A stretch of 54,735 bases of DNA from Nitrososphaerales archaeon (GTDB taxonomy: Archaea > Thermoproteota > Nitrososphaeria > Nitrososphaerales > JACAEJ01): assembly GCA_049699795.1 (NCBI GenBank), contig JBNAWJ010000021.1:1-54735 (forward strand). The letters run 5' to 3'. Below the pieces are notes generated by a model, which searched no databases, had not been told where the DNA came from, and was given only the letters and a program-made list of their open reading frames with translations. The position numbers and the translations under genes were made by a program. Positions 29,258 through 37,896 of the stretch are shown in pieces (position 1 is the stretch's first letter; every line of letters begins with the position of its first letter).

Positions 29258-29489
29258 GCCTGTATTTTATTGATAAGGTTTGCATTTATCCTCTTATAAT
29301 TTTGAAGAAACCAATAAAGGATGTTTATTTCTGTCATTATTCTTAGTAATCTTTCTGCATTCACCACTGGCAGTCTCCTTATATTCCTTGTCTGAACGAT
29401 GGTTAATGCTTCTGTAATAAACGTGTCAGGTATTACCGTCAAAACAGGGCTCGATATTGCCTTATGATCTCGCTTACTTTGTTCGGCAT
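29254..29489 (-). pseudogene. Single CBS-motif remnant with a frame shift in an A4/T4 run
   Basis: ATG at 29489 gives MPNKVSEIIRQYRALF* (stop 29439-29441). The natural continuation (L)TVIPDTFITEALTIVQTRNIRRLPVV... is in another frame from 29442. Only one CBS repeat is present, where CBS normally occurs as a pair. Confidence 0.5.
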
Positions 29490-29564
29490 ATTTACATCTT
29501 TAAGTTATCTTAGATAGATGTTAATATGAATATGTGATAGATTTCATCGATTCTCCTTACTCCA

Positions 29565-32500
29565 TCAACTAAAGAACTCTGTAAGCTCGAGCTGAGTCTC
29601 CTCTTTCTTCGGAATGAATAGAGATGAGAGTTCCTCAGATGCAATCTCAAAGCGACCTCTAATATATCCATCAATCTTGAACCTTTCCGATAACTTCAAC
29701 CCAAGGTTCAGATATTTTTCTATGGAAGCTCTAGTAACAGTAGGTTGCAACTCTCCACCACAATTCAAGCATGTTCCTTTTAGAGGGATTCGACGATGTT
29801 GCTCCCCGCATGATTTGCAACGAAAATTCTGGGACGTGTATGCCTTCATATTCCCAATAACATCTGGAAGGAGATGAGTCTTCAGGACTGAAGATACGAC
29901 CTCGTTAGGGTCTACTGCATTAATTTTCATAGCTAACTCTATCTGTTTTTCAAGCTTCTCGGAAAATGACTTTAAAACTGAATAAGTGCTCCTATTCCTT
30001 TCTACACTTATAGTACTTGTATCGTGTGTGAAACTCAGACCATAGAACTGGTTTTCGCTCTTTAACCTATTCTTGATGATGTCTATGGCGTTGGTAAGAG
30101 TGTGAGGGAGCTCGTTCTTCATCGAAGATTCGTAGAAAATCATGGGATAGTTTTCTGCTATATCTAGGTTATGGGCTTGCTCATCAACTTCACTTGGTAT
30201 TATGATGCTTTGCAGTAATAACGGAGCGTCCATCAATCCTCCTATCTGGGCTGGTAAAAATTTTTCAGAGAAATTCAAGAATATATCCATTAAAAGCATC
30301 ACAGAGTCGCTATCACCATCACAATCTCTTCTTTTTGCAGCGTGCCAGTATGGGTGAGCAAAGCAAACCTGTGAATTTGTAAAGCCTATAACACGACCTA
30401 TTATACCCACTGAAGTGTGAGGGGCTAATCCAACGATAAGGCAACCTATAAGGTCTTCAATAGAATTTGCATTATAATACGGTTCCTCATCATATAGATT
30501 GATTAATAAATCATCGATGAATTTTGATACCTTCAATAGGTGCTGACCAGCTTCTAAAGGAAGAATTACATCTTGAACAAAAAGCTCCAAAAGCTGATCG
30601 TTCGAGTTAAGAGGGGCTCCATAAACATCTTTTTCATAACCAAGTTCTTTAAGCTTATCAACTGAAGTGCTTATCTGCGAGGGTTTAAAATGAGTCATCA
30701 CAGCGTTCGTAGCATCGAACCTTATAGTACCATCTTTGTAAACAGATAAGTCGTATTTTTGACGTAGTATACCTTTCTCTAGTCTTTCTGGAATACGGGT
30801 GGCACTTATGAGACCTTTAACACCTTTCAGTGGAGGAGAGGGGTTGTATCTTACCTTAGATATGGCTTGCTTTAACTCTTGCTTGATGGGAAAATCTATT
30901 TTTGAGTAAGGTAAAACATTGGTTTTGCACATAGAACATGAATCACCTTCAACAACTCTACCACAGTTAGGGCATCTCTTCACAATCACAGTATCCCCGC
31001 CACATTTATCACATTTTATGTTGATGGAGTTAGAGTTACAAATGGTGCAGACCATGTTAGCTGTCTCAATATTTATAAATTCGTCTTTTGCTGCTTGGAT
31101 TATATCTCTCTTCGGACCACCTTTTATTCCGACAGGAAAGAGTGAATGTACAGGAGGTTTCATTTTCCTCAGCATTGCTTTTTCAGGGCGGCCTATACGT
31201 AAACCCACAAATGTGGACGATTTCCTCTTAATCGGTATTTGAGCTAATGAAGAGAGCAGTTCAATAACATCTTTCCAGCCTGTGACTAAGCTAGGCCCAG
31301 AAGTTAAACCAAGAGTTCTCATCACAGAATAAGCAGGCTCACCTTCTATGATAATTCCATCTTTGATCATTCTATGAGGGATGCCTATATTCTCTAAGAT
31401 TGATTTTATCTCTGGTTTTTTGGGCGCAGTTATTATGCACGGATCTTTATCAGACGATAGAGTCAAACTCTGCCTCAGAGTAATTATTTCAGATGGTGAT
31501 GCGACATCCCAGTAAAAGAGATGGTGAGGATGAAGAGGTATTCCGAGCTTACAACTAAGCTCAAAAGCCTCAAAAGCATTTGGGAATTTATGTAATGGGT
31601 CGTTTATTATTTCTTCTAAACGATTTGGTTTCATTCTGATAGATTTTGCACATTCATTTACAGAACCGTAATGCTCTTTTATTGCTAGCATTAAATCCTG
31701 TATCCACCATTCTTCTACATAACCAGATGGGACCAGTCTTACGTTGTTCTCAAGAAAATCCCCAAAGCTCACCAAAATATCCCCTAAGTAAAGGATTTTG
31801 GCTATTTTGTTTTGAATCATGATTGCTTGATCTAGGCTTCCTATCTTAACTACAGATTCGTCTATCAGTTTAACTATTGGAGGTTCTATGGTATCTACAA
31901 AAGCTACAGTGGCAGCCTTGCTTGGTATGTCCAATTTTACTTGTGTACCAACAACAAAAGGGTAGTCTAGTATAACAGCCACAGCAGGGTGAATTCCTAC
32001 AGTCGATAAGCCTGTGTTGTAGCATCGCCCATACCTTAATCTAAAACCGCCTACTTTTTTTGGAAAAGACAGAACTGGCCTACCTGAAATCACTTCTTCA
32101 AAATGTGTACTCTCAACATATTCTTCTAAATTCTGTTTTCCACTTCTAAGCTCAGCCAACCAGCCCCAGTCAGAAATTCCCAAATCATTCACAAGTTTTA
32201 GTAGCTTTCTTGATCTGCCTATCACACCATCGTTTAATACCCTTAAAGCACCGCCCCTAACTCGGTCAGTTGAAATCCTTTTCAAACCTCTATGGATAAC
32301 AACCTCGATAGGATCTGTCTCAACTCCATCAATCTCAACAGGCAGGTATGAGAGCGCATGTTTAATATCATCGTCAGATACTCTAAATTGAAAGTTGCCT
32401 ACCTCTCTTTCATAAGTTCTAAGCTCTTCTATGAAACGACCTACTTCGTCTTGTCCCCAGGCATTCGGTCTATACTTGTCAAGACCTAGAACCTTACGTA

Positions 32501-33026
32501 TGTGATCTGCTATCACAAGAGTGAAAGCTGCTTCTGTACCACCTGCAGAGCGAATAGGGCCGGCAAAATATATAGCAGCATAGCTCGTTCCATCATCATT
32601 CTTCTTGATTTTCACAGATGAAATCCCTTGAATTGGAGCAACTGTAACACCGTCTGTGACTACAGCAAGACCTATGCGCACACCAAGATCCAAAGCTTTT
32701 TCCTTTTCAAAAAATTCGAACTTGCCAAGGGCAACTTCTTCTGCAAGATTTAGGGCTATGTTTTCCTTACTCTGAGTCAAGAGAAGCTCTCTAAGCCTAT
32801 TGGCAAGTCCAGAGATTGGTATTAAATGCTCTATTCTTTCTGCTAAATCAAAGGCTAGTTTGGACTCAACTTTCAGTACTGGATCTTTACCTTTGGTTCT
32901 GGCTTTAGATGACAAAGCGTGCTGTGAATATAGTTGCTTTAAGAGTTTTTTATTATATTCAACATATTCCCTAGGAAAAGGCGCAAGGGTCTTTATTCGC
33001 TCGAGAATTCCACCGTTTAGTGCCAC
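29565..33026 (-). CDS. dp2: DNA polymerase II (PolD) large catalytic subunit DP2
   Basis: 1153 aa. The overall pattern is typical of DP2, including Zn-finger clusters (CTICNS...CDKCG...CPNCG, CKSCGEQH...CLNCGG). No intein is evident. Confidence 0.9.
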   Translation of the reverse strand: MALNGGILERIKTLAPFPREYVEYNKKLLKQLYSQHALSSKARTKGKDPVLKVESKLAFDLAERIEHLIPISGLANRLRELLLTQSKENIALNLAEEVALGKFEFFEKEKALDLGVRIGLAVVTDGVTVAPIQGISSVKIKKNDDGTSYAAIYFAGPIRSAGGTEAAFTLVIADHIRKVLGLDKYRPNAWGQDEVGRFIEELRTYEREVGNFQFRVSDDDIKHALSYLPVEIDGVETDPIEVVIHRGLKRISTDRVRGGALRVLNDGVIGRSRKLLKLVNDLGISDWGWLAELRSGKQNLEEYVESTHFEEVISGRPVLSFPKKVGGFRLRYGRCYNTGLSTVGIHPAVAVILDYPFVVGTQVKLDIPSKAATVAFVDTIEPPIVKLIDESVVKIGSLDQAIMIQNKIAKILYLGDILVSFGDFLENNVRLVPSGYVEEWWIQDLMLAIKEHYGSVNECAKSIRMKPNRLEEIINDPLHKFPNAFEAFELSCKLGIPLHPHHLFYWDVASPSEIITLRQSLTLSSDKDPCIITAPKKPEIKSILENIGIPHRMIKDGIIIEGEPAYSVMRTLGLTSGPSLVTGWKDVIELLSSLAQIPIKRKSSTFVGLRIGRPEKAMLRKMKPPVHSLFPVGIKGGPKRDIIQAAKDEFINIETANMVCTICNSNSINIKCDKCGGDTVIVKRCPNCGRVVEGDSCSMCKTNVLPYSKIDFPIKQELKQAISKVRYNPSPPLKGVKGLISATRIPERLEKGILRQKYDLSVYKDGTIRFDATNAVMTHFKPSQISTSVDKLKELGYEKDVYGAPLNSNDQLLELFVQDVILPLEAGQHLLKVSKFIDDLLINLYDEEPYYNANSIEDLIGCLIVGLAPHTSVGIIGRVIGFTNSQVCFAHPYWHAAKRRDCDGDSDSVMLLMDIFLNFSEKFLPAQIGGLMDAPLLLQSIIIPSEVDEQAHNLDIAENYPMIFYESSMKNELPHTLTNAIDIIKNRLKSENQFYGLSFTHDTSTISVERNRSTYSVLKSFSEKLEKQIELAMKINAVDPNEVVSSVLKTHLLPDVIGNMKAYTSQNFRCKSCGEQHRRIPLKGTCLNCGGELQPTVTRASIEKYLNLGLKLSERFKIDGYIRGRFEIASEELSSLFIPKKEETQLELTEFFS

Positions 33027-33164
33027 AGGTTCTTATCTAAACTAATGAATAAAAGTTTTATCTAAACTATCTCATATGTAGTTTTCTTTGAATTAAGAAG
33101 GGAGTTAAAATCATAGGATTACGGTATTGTGATTAATATTGATCACAACATATCACAGAATCAT

Positions 33165-33467
33165 TCATTCGTTTTTTGTATAGATTCGAGCAAGGATGAT
33201 ATGGCGCCATATACTTGGTTCATGTTTTGTTTCGCGTTCTGCAAATTTCGTCCTGAACTCTATGCATTTTTCGCAAGTAGGATGGGAAACATCTGAAGGA
33301 CCATCACAGTCCCCACAATTTAGCAAAAGCGCTTTTTCATTCCTAAACTCTAGAAACAAATACTCTTCAGAATCAAAAGACGCTTCAAAGTCTGGCCATC
33401 GATCGTAAGCTTTTGGGAGGTTAAGCCAGTATTTAAGACTCGTAAAGAAACGTTCGAAAGAGGTCAT
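33165..33467 (-). CDS. Hypothetical Cys-containing protein
   Basis: 100 aa with CGDCDG...HPTCEKC. It lies between the GGGPS and DP2 genes on the same strand. Confidence 0.4.
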   Translation of the reverse strand: MTSFERFFTSLKYWLNLPKAYDRWPDFEASFDSEEYLFLEFRNEKALLLNCGDCDGPSDVSHPTCEKCIEFRTKFAERETKHEPSIWRHIILARIYTKNE

Positions 33468-33469
33468 TT

Positions 33470-34222
33470 TTATCGCCTTACGTTCCTTATTCCTTTGACT
33501 ATCTCTTTAAGTGTAGGTATGAAGTTTCTTTCGTTTAACAGAGTTCCTACTACAAGAATGTCTGCACCAGCTTTAGCAATTTCAATGCCATCCTCTACTT
33601 TCCTAATTCCACCTCCCACAATTAGTACACCATCAAAAACATCCCGTACTTTTGCAACTATAGATGGAGATACATGTGACGTCACACCAGATCCTGCCTC
33701 TAGATAGACAAACCTCATACCCATATATTTGGCTGCAAGGGCATACATGGCCGCCAATTCTGGTTTTTCAGAAGGTATCCCTCTTGCTCTTCCTATGAAA
33801 CCTATAGCCCCACCCTCTCCTATCACGATGTATCCCATAGGGATACTTTCTAGGCCGTATTTCTTTACTAAAATGGCACCCAAGGCCTGGGCTTCTGTTA
33901 TGAAGTATGGATTGTCAGAGTTCATAAGAGAACTAAAAAGTATTGCATCAGCGTTTGGTGATATTCCTGTGACATTGCCTGGGAATAAGATCACAGGAAT
34001 CTTGACTCTTTTTTTCATTGTTTTTATAATTTTATCTAGTTCAAGTTGATCGATAGCTGTTGAACCACCCACCAATATGCTCTTTACACCACAACTTTCA
34101 GCATTAAGAGCAATTTTAGTAGCAATTTTTGGGGACATATTCTCTGAGTCTATAAGAGCAAAAGATATGGTACCGTCCTTGGATATCTCTTCCCTGAGAT
34201 ATTTTTCAATTTTACCTATCAT
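33470..34222 (-). CDS. Geranylgeranylglyceryl phosphate synthase (PcrB family)
   Basis: 250 aa. ...ILVGGS..., ...FPGN... and YLEAGSG...VGGGIR motifs are typical of GGGPS. Confidence 0.85.
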   Translation of the reverse strand: MIGKIEKYLREEISKDGTISFALIDSENMSPKIATKIALNAESCGVKSILVGGSTAIDQLELDKIIKTMKKRVKIPVILFPGNVTGISPNADAILFSSLMNSDNPYFITEAQALGAILVKKYGLESIPMGYIVIGEGGAIGFIGRARGIPSEKPELAAMYALAAKYMGMRFVYLEAGSGVTSHVSPSIVAKVRDVFDGVLIVGGGIRKVEDGIEIAKAGADILVVGTLLNERNFIPTLKEIVKGIRNVRR

Positions 34223-34503
34223 TTAAGCGTCAGCCTTCCAGACATGAATTCATCGACGAATTCGTTATAGATATCTATAGGTTGTCTCTTCGTTTCTAAA
34301 GAATAATCGTGCTTTAAGCCACAATTTCCACAAACTATCCTTGCCAAGTTATCTTCCTTGAAGAAGACTCTAATAGATACCATCCCACACTGTGGACAAG
34401 TATAAACCTTAGGAAGAGTCTTCTTTACAATTTTTATCACGCGGCGTCTTCTCCTTCCCAATTTCGATCCTTCATTATACTCGAAAGTCGTTAGATAAAT
34501 CAT
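34219..34503 (-). CDS. Elf1-like transcription elongation factor (zinc ribbon)
   Basis: 94 aa with a basic N-terminus (GRRRRR), CPQCG...CGNCG and ...PIDIYNEFVDEF, resembling the eukaryotic Elf1 layout. Confidence 0.65.
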   Translation of the reverse strand: MIYLTTFEYNEGSKLGRRRRRVIKIVKKTLPKVYTCPQCGMVSIRVFFKEDNLARIVCGNCGLKHDYSLETKRQPIDIYNEFVDEFMSGRLTLK

Positions 34504-34675
34504 TTTGGTCTGTATTAATTTTTTACAATTTATTAATTCTAGGTAAAAATATCAAAATTAATCATTTAAATTTGTTAATAAATGAACTTTTTCACATTAT
34601 TTATAAGGAATTAGGTTTAGGAATAAAGTTTGTGCTTCCGATAATATTATACGGTTTTGTATAACAAGTAGGCAT

Positions 34676-35098
34676 ATGATAAGACCAAGGCTAGAGGCAG
34701 ATTTAATATTGAGACATCTTCTCGAAAGATCCTCATTTACTCAAGCACAACTAGACACTTATTTAATTGATCGCATCACGGTTAATGAGAAGGTAAATTT
34801 AAGAGAGAAGACGGCCATGAGAGATAGGAAGAATGTCAGCAAAGGAGCTTTCATCCGTACATTAAGGCAAGCCCAATTCAACTTAAAAAGAGCTATTTAC
34901 ACATTGATTTTATCAGAATATTTAGGGTTATTAGAGGATAAGTCCATAGATAGGTTATTACAGATAAGTAATTTATTGAAAAATGCTAAGGGTGTTACAT
35001 CGAGAGAAAAATTAACAGAAGTTATCGGGATTATTGATAATATAATTGAGACTTTATCAGGAAGGGAGAAAAGGCATGGTAGGCACTTATTCTATTAA
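34676..35098 (+). CDS. Hypothetical protein
   Basis: 140-aa helical ORF. No family recognised. Confidence 0.4.
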   Translation: MIRPRLEADLILRHLLERSSFTQAQLDTYLIDRITVNEKVNLREKTAMRDRKNVSKGAFIRTLRQAQFNLKRAIYTLILSEYLGLLEDKSIDRLLQISNLLKNAKGVTSREKLTEVIGIIDNIIETLSGREKRHGRHLFY

Positions 35099-35118
35099 GT
35101 TGGTTAGTGATGTAATAT

Positions 35119-35793
35119 TTGAGTAAAAAAAGTTATCTATATGTTGTGATGTTATTTCATAGTGCATTGGCCTTAGAGGATGTTGTGATAGTCACAATAG
35201 CAAGTATCACATTATTTATTTCTGTTACAGCTTTAGCTCTTTACTTACCAAAGATTAGAAAGATCGTTAAAGAGCAAAAAGATGCTAGTGAGATCATTAA
35301 GGGAGTGATTTCTGAGCTTCATGATAGACTAGGCCAGCAGGATCAGAAGATTTTGGATCAACAGATCAGGTTAGATGTTATAGAGTTAAAGTTGGGTCAA
35401 TTAACAAAAGTTTTGGGTAAAGAAGAGAAGGAAGTTACTAAGGTTCGCGAGGTCTCCGATACTGCAAGTATATTAGAAGAAGTTAGAAATTTGTTGAGAA
35501 GTTTAGGTAAAGCTGAAGTAAAACTACCTGGCAAAATTCAGCGAAAGGAAGAATTTAAGAAAGCTGAAGTGTTAGAAGGATTGAGCCCGACTGAAAGCTC
35601 GGTACTTAAATTACTAATGGAAGGAGTACAAACTCCAAAGCAGATTCAGCAAAGGATCGACAAGTCGAGAGAACACACAGCTAGACTTATGAAAAGGTTG
35701 TTTGAACTGGGCTATGTAACAAGAGAAGAGAAAAAGAAGCCTTATGTTTATGAAATAACCGAAAAAGGAAAAGCTTTGTTAAGAGCAGAATGA
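35119..35793 (+). CDS. Membrane-anchored coiled-coil protein with C-terminal winged-helix domain
   Basis: One N-terminal TM helix, a central coiled coil, then C-terminal LSPTESSVLKLL...HTARLMKRLFELGYVTRE...YVYEITEKG (MarR/TrmB-like wHTH). TTG start; an in-frame ATG at 35149 is an alternative. Confidence 0.55.
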   Translation: MSKKSYLYVVMLFHSALALEDVVIVTIASITLFISVTALALYLPKIRKIVKEQKDASEIIKGVISELHDRLGQQDQKILDQQIRLDVIELKLGQLTKVLGKEEKEVTKVREVSDTASILEEVRNLLRSLGKAEVKLPGKIQRKEEFKKAEVLEGLSPTESSVLKLLMEGVQTPKQIQQRIDKSREHTARLMKRLFELGYVTREEKKKPYVYEITEKGKALLRAE

Positions 35794-35900
35794 CCTACGC
35801 TGTGAATGGCTTGTGAAAAAGTGTAAGAATCTGTCTATTTATGACGATTTAGTTTATAGAAGGTAAATTTTTACCCTGTTATCTGTTATTCTAGATTCTG

Positions 35901-35926
35901 ACACCCCTTCACTTCCAGTGGAACTC
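35901..35926 (-). repeat. ORB-like origin recognition box (minus-strand reading GAGTTCCACTGGAAGTGAAGGGGTGT)
   Basis: It holds the TTCCA(C/G)TGGAA dyad plus a G-string, as in the archaeal ORB consensus. A partial second TTCCAGTG lies at 35953-35960. Confidence 0.55.
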
Positions 35927-36075
35927 GCTAAAGCCCATCTTATCTATAATTTTTCCAGTGTATTGTGAACTCCTGTTAACAGTAATTAGCGTCCCATGGT
36001 TTTGTCATAAATGTTTAACCTTTTGTTCACTTGTTCACATAGATAACCTTATAATTCAAAAACAGAATCCATTAG

Positions 36076-36474
36076 ATGGCCTTGCCTAAACGTAGGATTA
36101 AGATAGAGTTCGATGATGGACAGGGTGGAAAATATAAGATATCTATGGAAGGAAAGGTTTCTCGAGATAACGTTCTGAAGATTATAGAAATGGCTGAAAT
36201 GATAGAAGGGAAGAGTGAAGTTAATCAATCGATTACCTTGTCCAAAGACACGAATTTCGGCCGTCTTTACAACCTTATTGAAGAGAAGTTCACTTTTGGA
36301 TCTTTTACCTCTACAGATGTCTTGGAGGCCTATGAAGATGAATACAATACACCCATAAGATTGAGTGTTATATCGACTTACCTGCAGAGATTGACAGAGA
36401 GAGGTATGTTGATAAGGAATAGAACGAATTCAGGTTGGTCCTATCGTAGAGCTCAGTTGAACTTGCAACGTTAA
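36076..36474 (+). CDS. Small winged-helix protein encoded between ORB-like boxes
   Basis: 132 aa. The C-terminal ...VISTYLQRLTERGMLIRNR...WSYRR pattern suggests a wHTH. Confidence 0.5.
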   Translation: MALPKRRIKIEFDDGQGGKYKISMEGKVSRDNVLKIIEMAEMIEGKSEVNQSITLSKDTNFGRLYNLIEEKFTFGSFTSTDVLEAYEDEYNTPIRLSVISTYLQRLTERGMLIRNRTNSGWSYRRAQLNLQR

Positions 36475-36738
36475 TCATTAGATCCTAGCCACCCACCCCT
36501 ATTCTTCTAATGGAGAGAAGTTTCCCCATAATTGCATTAAATAAGAGTTTAACCAAATAGTCAAAGGTTTTTAACTAATCATTAATTAAGATAATTACCC
36601 AAATCAAGTACGGTCTGTGTATTAATAAAAAAAATTATTCTTTTTTAAATCGGTCTACAATAGAAATGAAGGGGTGGGAGTGTTATAATCATTAATAATG
36701 GATCTGGAGATTTCCTTGATGAGATTTTCACTAAGGCC
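36475..36738. other. Candidate replication origin (oriC) upstream of cdc6
   Basis: Inverted ORB-like boxes lie at 36489-36514 (minus-strand reading CCATTAGAAGAATAGGGGTGGGTGG) and 36654-36680 (TCTACAATAGAAATGAAGGGGTGGGAG). They flank ~140 bp containing the A/T tract 36621-36650 (ATTAATAAAAAAAATTATTCTTTTTTAAAT), itself bracketed by CGGTCT repeats. Confidence 0.6.
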
Positions 36739-37890
36739 TTGTCAGGCCGTTCCTTATATAAAAATCGAAACGCTCTAAGATCAGATTACATCCCTTCAAA
36801 ACTACCTTTTCGTGAAAAACAAATAACATCGATAGGTGAGGCCTTGGCTCCTCTTCTTCACGGTTCGAAGTGCTCCAACCTTCTTATTTATGGCAAAACA
36901 GGAACAGGTAAGACCGCTGTCACTAAATATGTTCTCATGAGGTTAGAGGAGAAGGCCTCAAAACAAGGCCTGAAGATAAAGTTTGCTTATTCTAACACAA
37001 GGATGGCCGGCACAGAGTATAGAATTCTCGCTGATGTTGCACAATCTCTCGGATTATCAATTCCTTTTACTGGCCTGGCCATAAGCGAAGTTTTTGGAAG
37101 GATAAAATCAGCAATAAATTCATCAGAACTGAAAATAGTATTGGTAATGGATGAAATTGACTTTTTGGTAAGGAATTATGGTGATGATCTTCTATACGAG
37201 CTTACTCGTGCTAATGAGCAACTTCCACAAGGCTATCTTTCTATTATTGGTATATCAAACGATCTGAAATTCAAAGAATTCCTTGATCCAAGGGTGTTGA
37301 GTAGTTTGAGTGAAGAAGAAATAGTCTTCCCGCCTTACACAGCAGAGGAGTTAAGGGCAATATTATACGATCGAGCTAAGATGGCTTTTTTCGAAGATTC
37401 CATAACAGAAGCGTCGATAAACCTATGCGCTGCATTGGCCGGCTCTGAGCATGGCGATGCTAGAAGAGCTTTAGATCTGTTAAGAGTCTCTGGTGAAGTG
37501 GCAGAGAGAGAAGGTGCTACAAAAGTTGAGGAAAAACACGTAAGAATTGCTGTTCAGAAGATCGAGCAAGACCGCATGGTAGAAGCTTTAAGGTCTTTAC
37601 CTCTTCACGCCAAACTCTTGCTATGGAGTATAGTATCCCTAGGAGAGGCCAATTCTACTGGTGAAGTCTACGATCGCTACTCTAACATATGCCGGAAAAA
37701 TGGTATAGAATCATTAACTCAAAGGCGAGTCACTATGCTTCTTAGTGAACTTGACTTGCTAGGCCTAATAGCCACAAATCTGATAAGCAAAGGCCGTTAT
37801 GGGAGAACTAAGAAGATCAGTCCATCAGTTCAATTACAATTCGTGAGAGAAGTCTTCAAAGAAGATCCTGTCATAGGCTCGATCTTGTAG
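36739..37890 (+). CDS. cdc6: Orc1/Cdc6 replication initiator
   Basis: AAA+ Walker A GKTGTGKT, Walker B LVMDEID and a C-terminal wHTH are present. The only canonical in-frame start is TTG 36739, but conserved-looking residues GDFLDEIFTKAL are encoded in-frame just upstream (see findings). Confidence 0.9.
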   Translation: MSGRSLYKNRNALRSDYIPSKLPFREKQITSIGEALAPLLHGSKCSNLLIYGKTGTGKTAVTKYVLMRLEEKASKQGLKIKFAYSNTRMAGTEYRILADVAQSLGLSIPFTGLAISEVFGRIKSAINSSELKIVLVMDEIDFLVRNYGDDLLYELTRANEQLPQGYLSIIGISNDLKFKEFLDPRVLSSLSEEEIVFPPYTAEELRAILYDRAKMAFFEDSITEASINLCAALAGSEHGDARRALDLLRVSGEVAEREGATKVEEKHVRIAVQKIEQDRMVEALRSLPLHAKLLLWSIVSLGEANSTGEVYDRYSNICRKNGIESLTQRRVTMLLSELDLLGLIATNLISKGRYGRTKKISPSVQLQFVREVFKEDPVIGSIL

Positions 37891-37896
37891 TGAATA

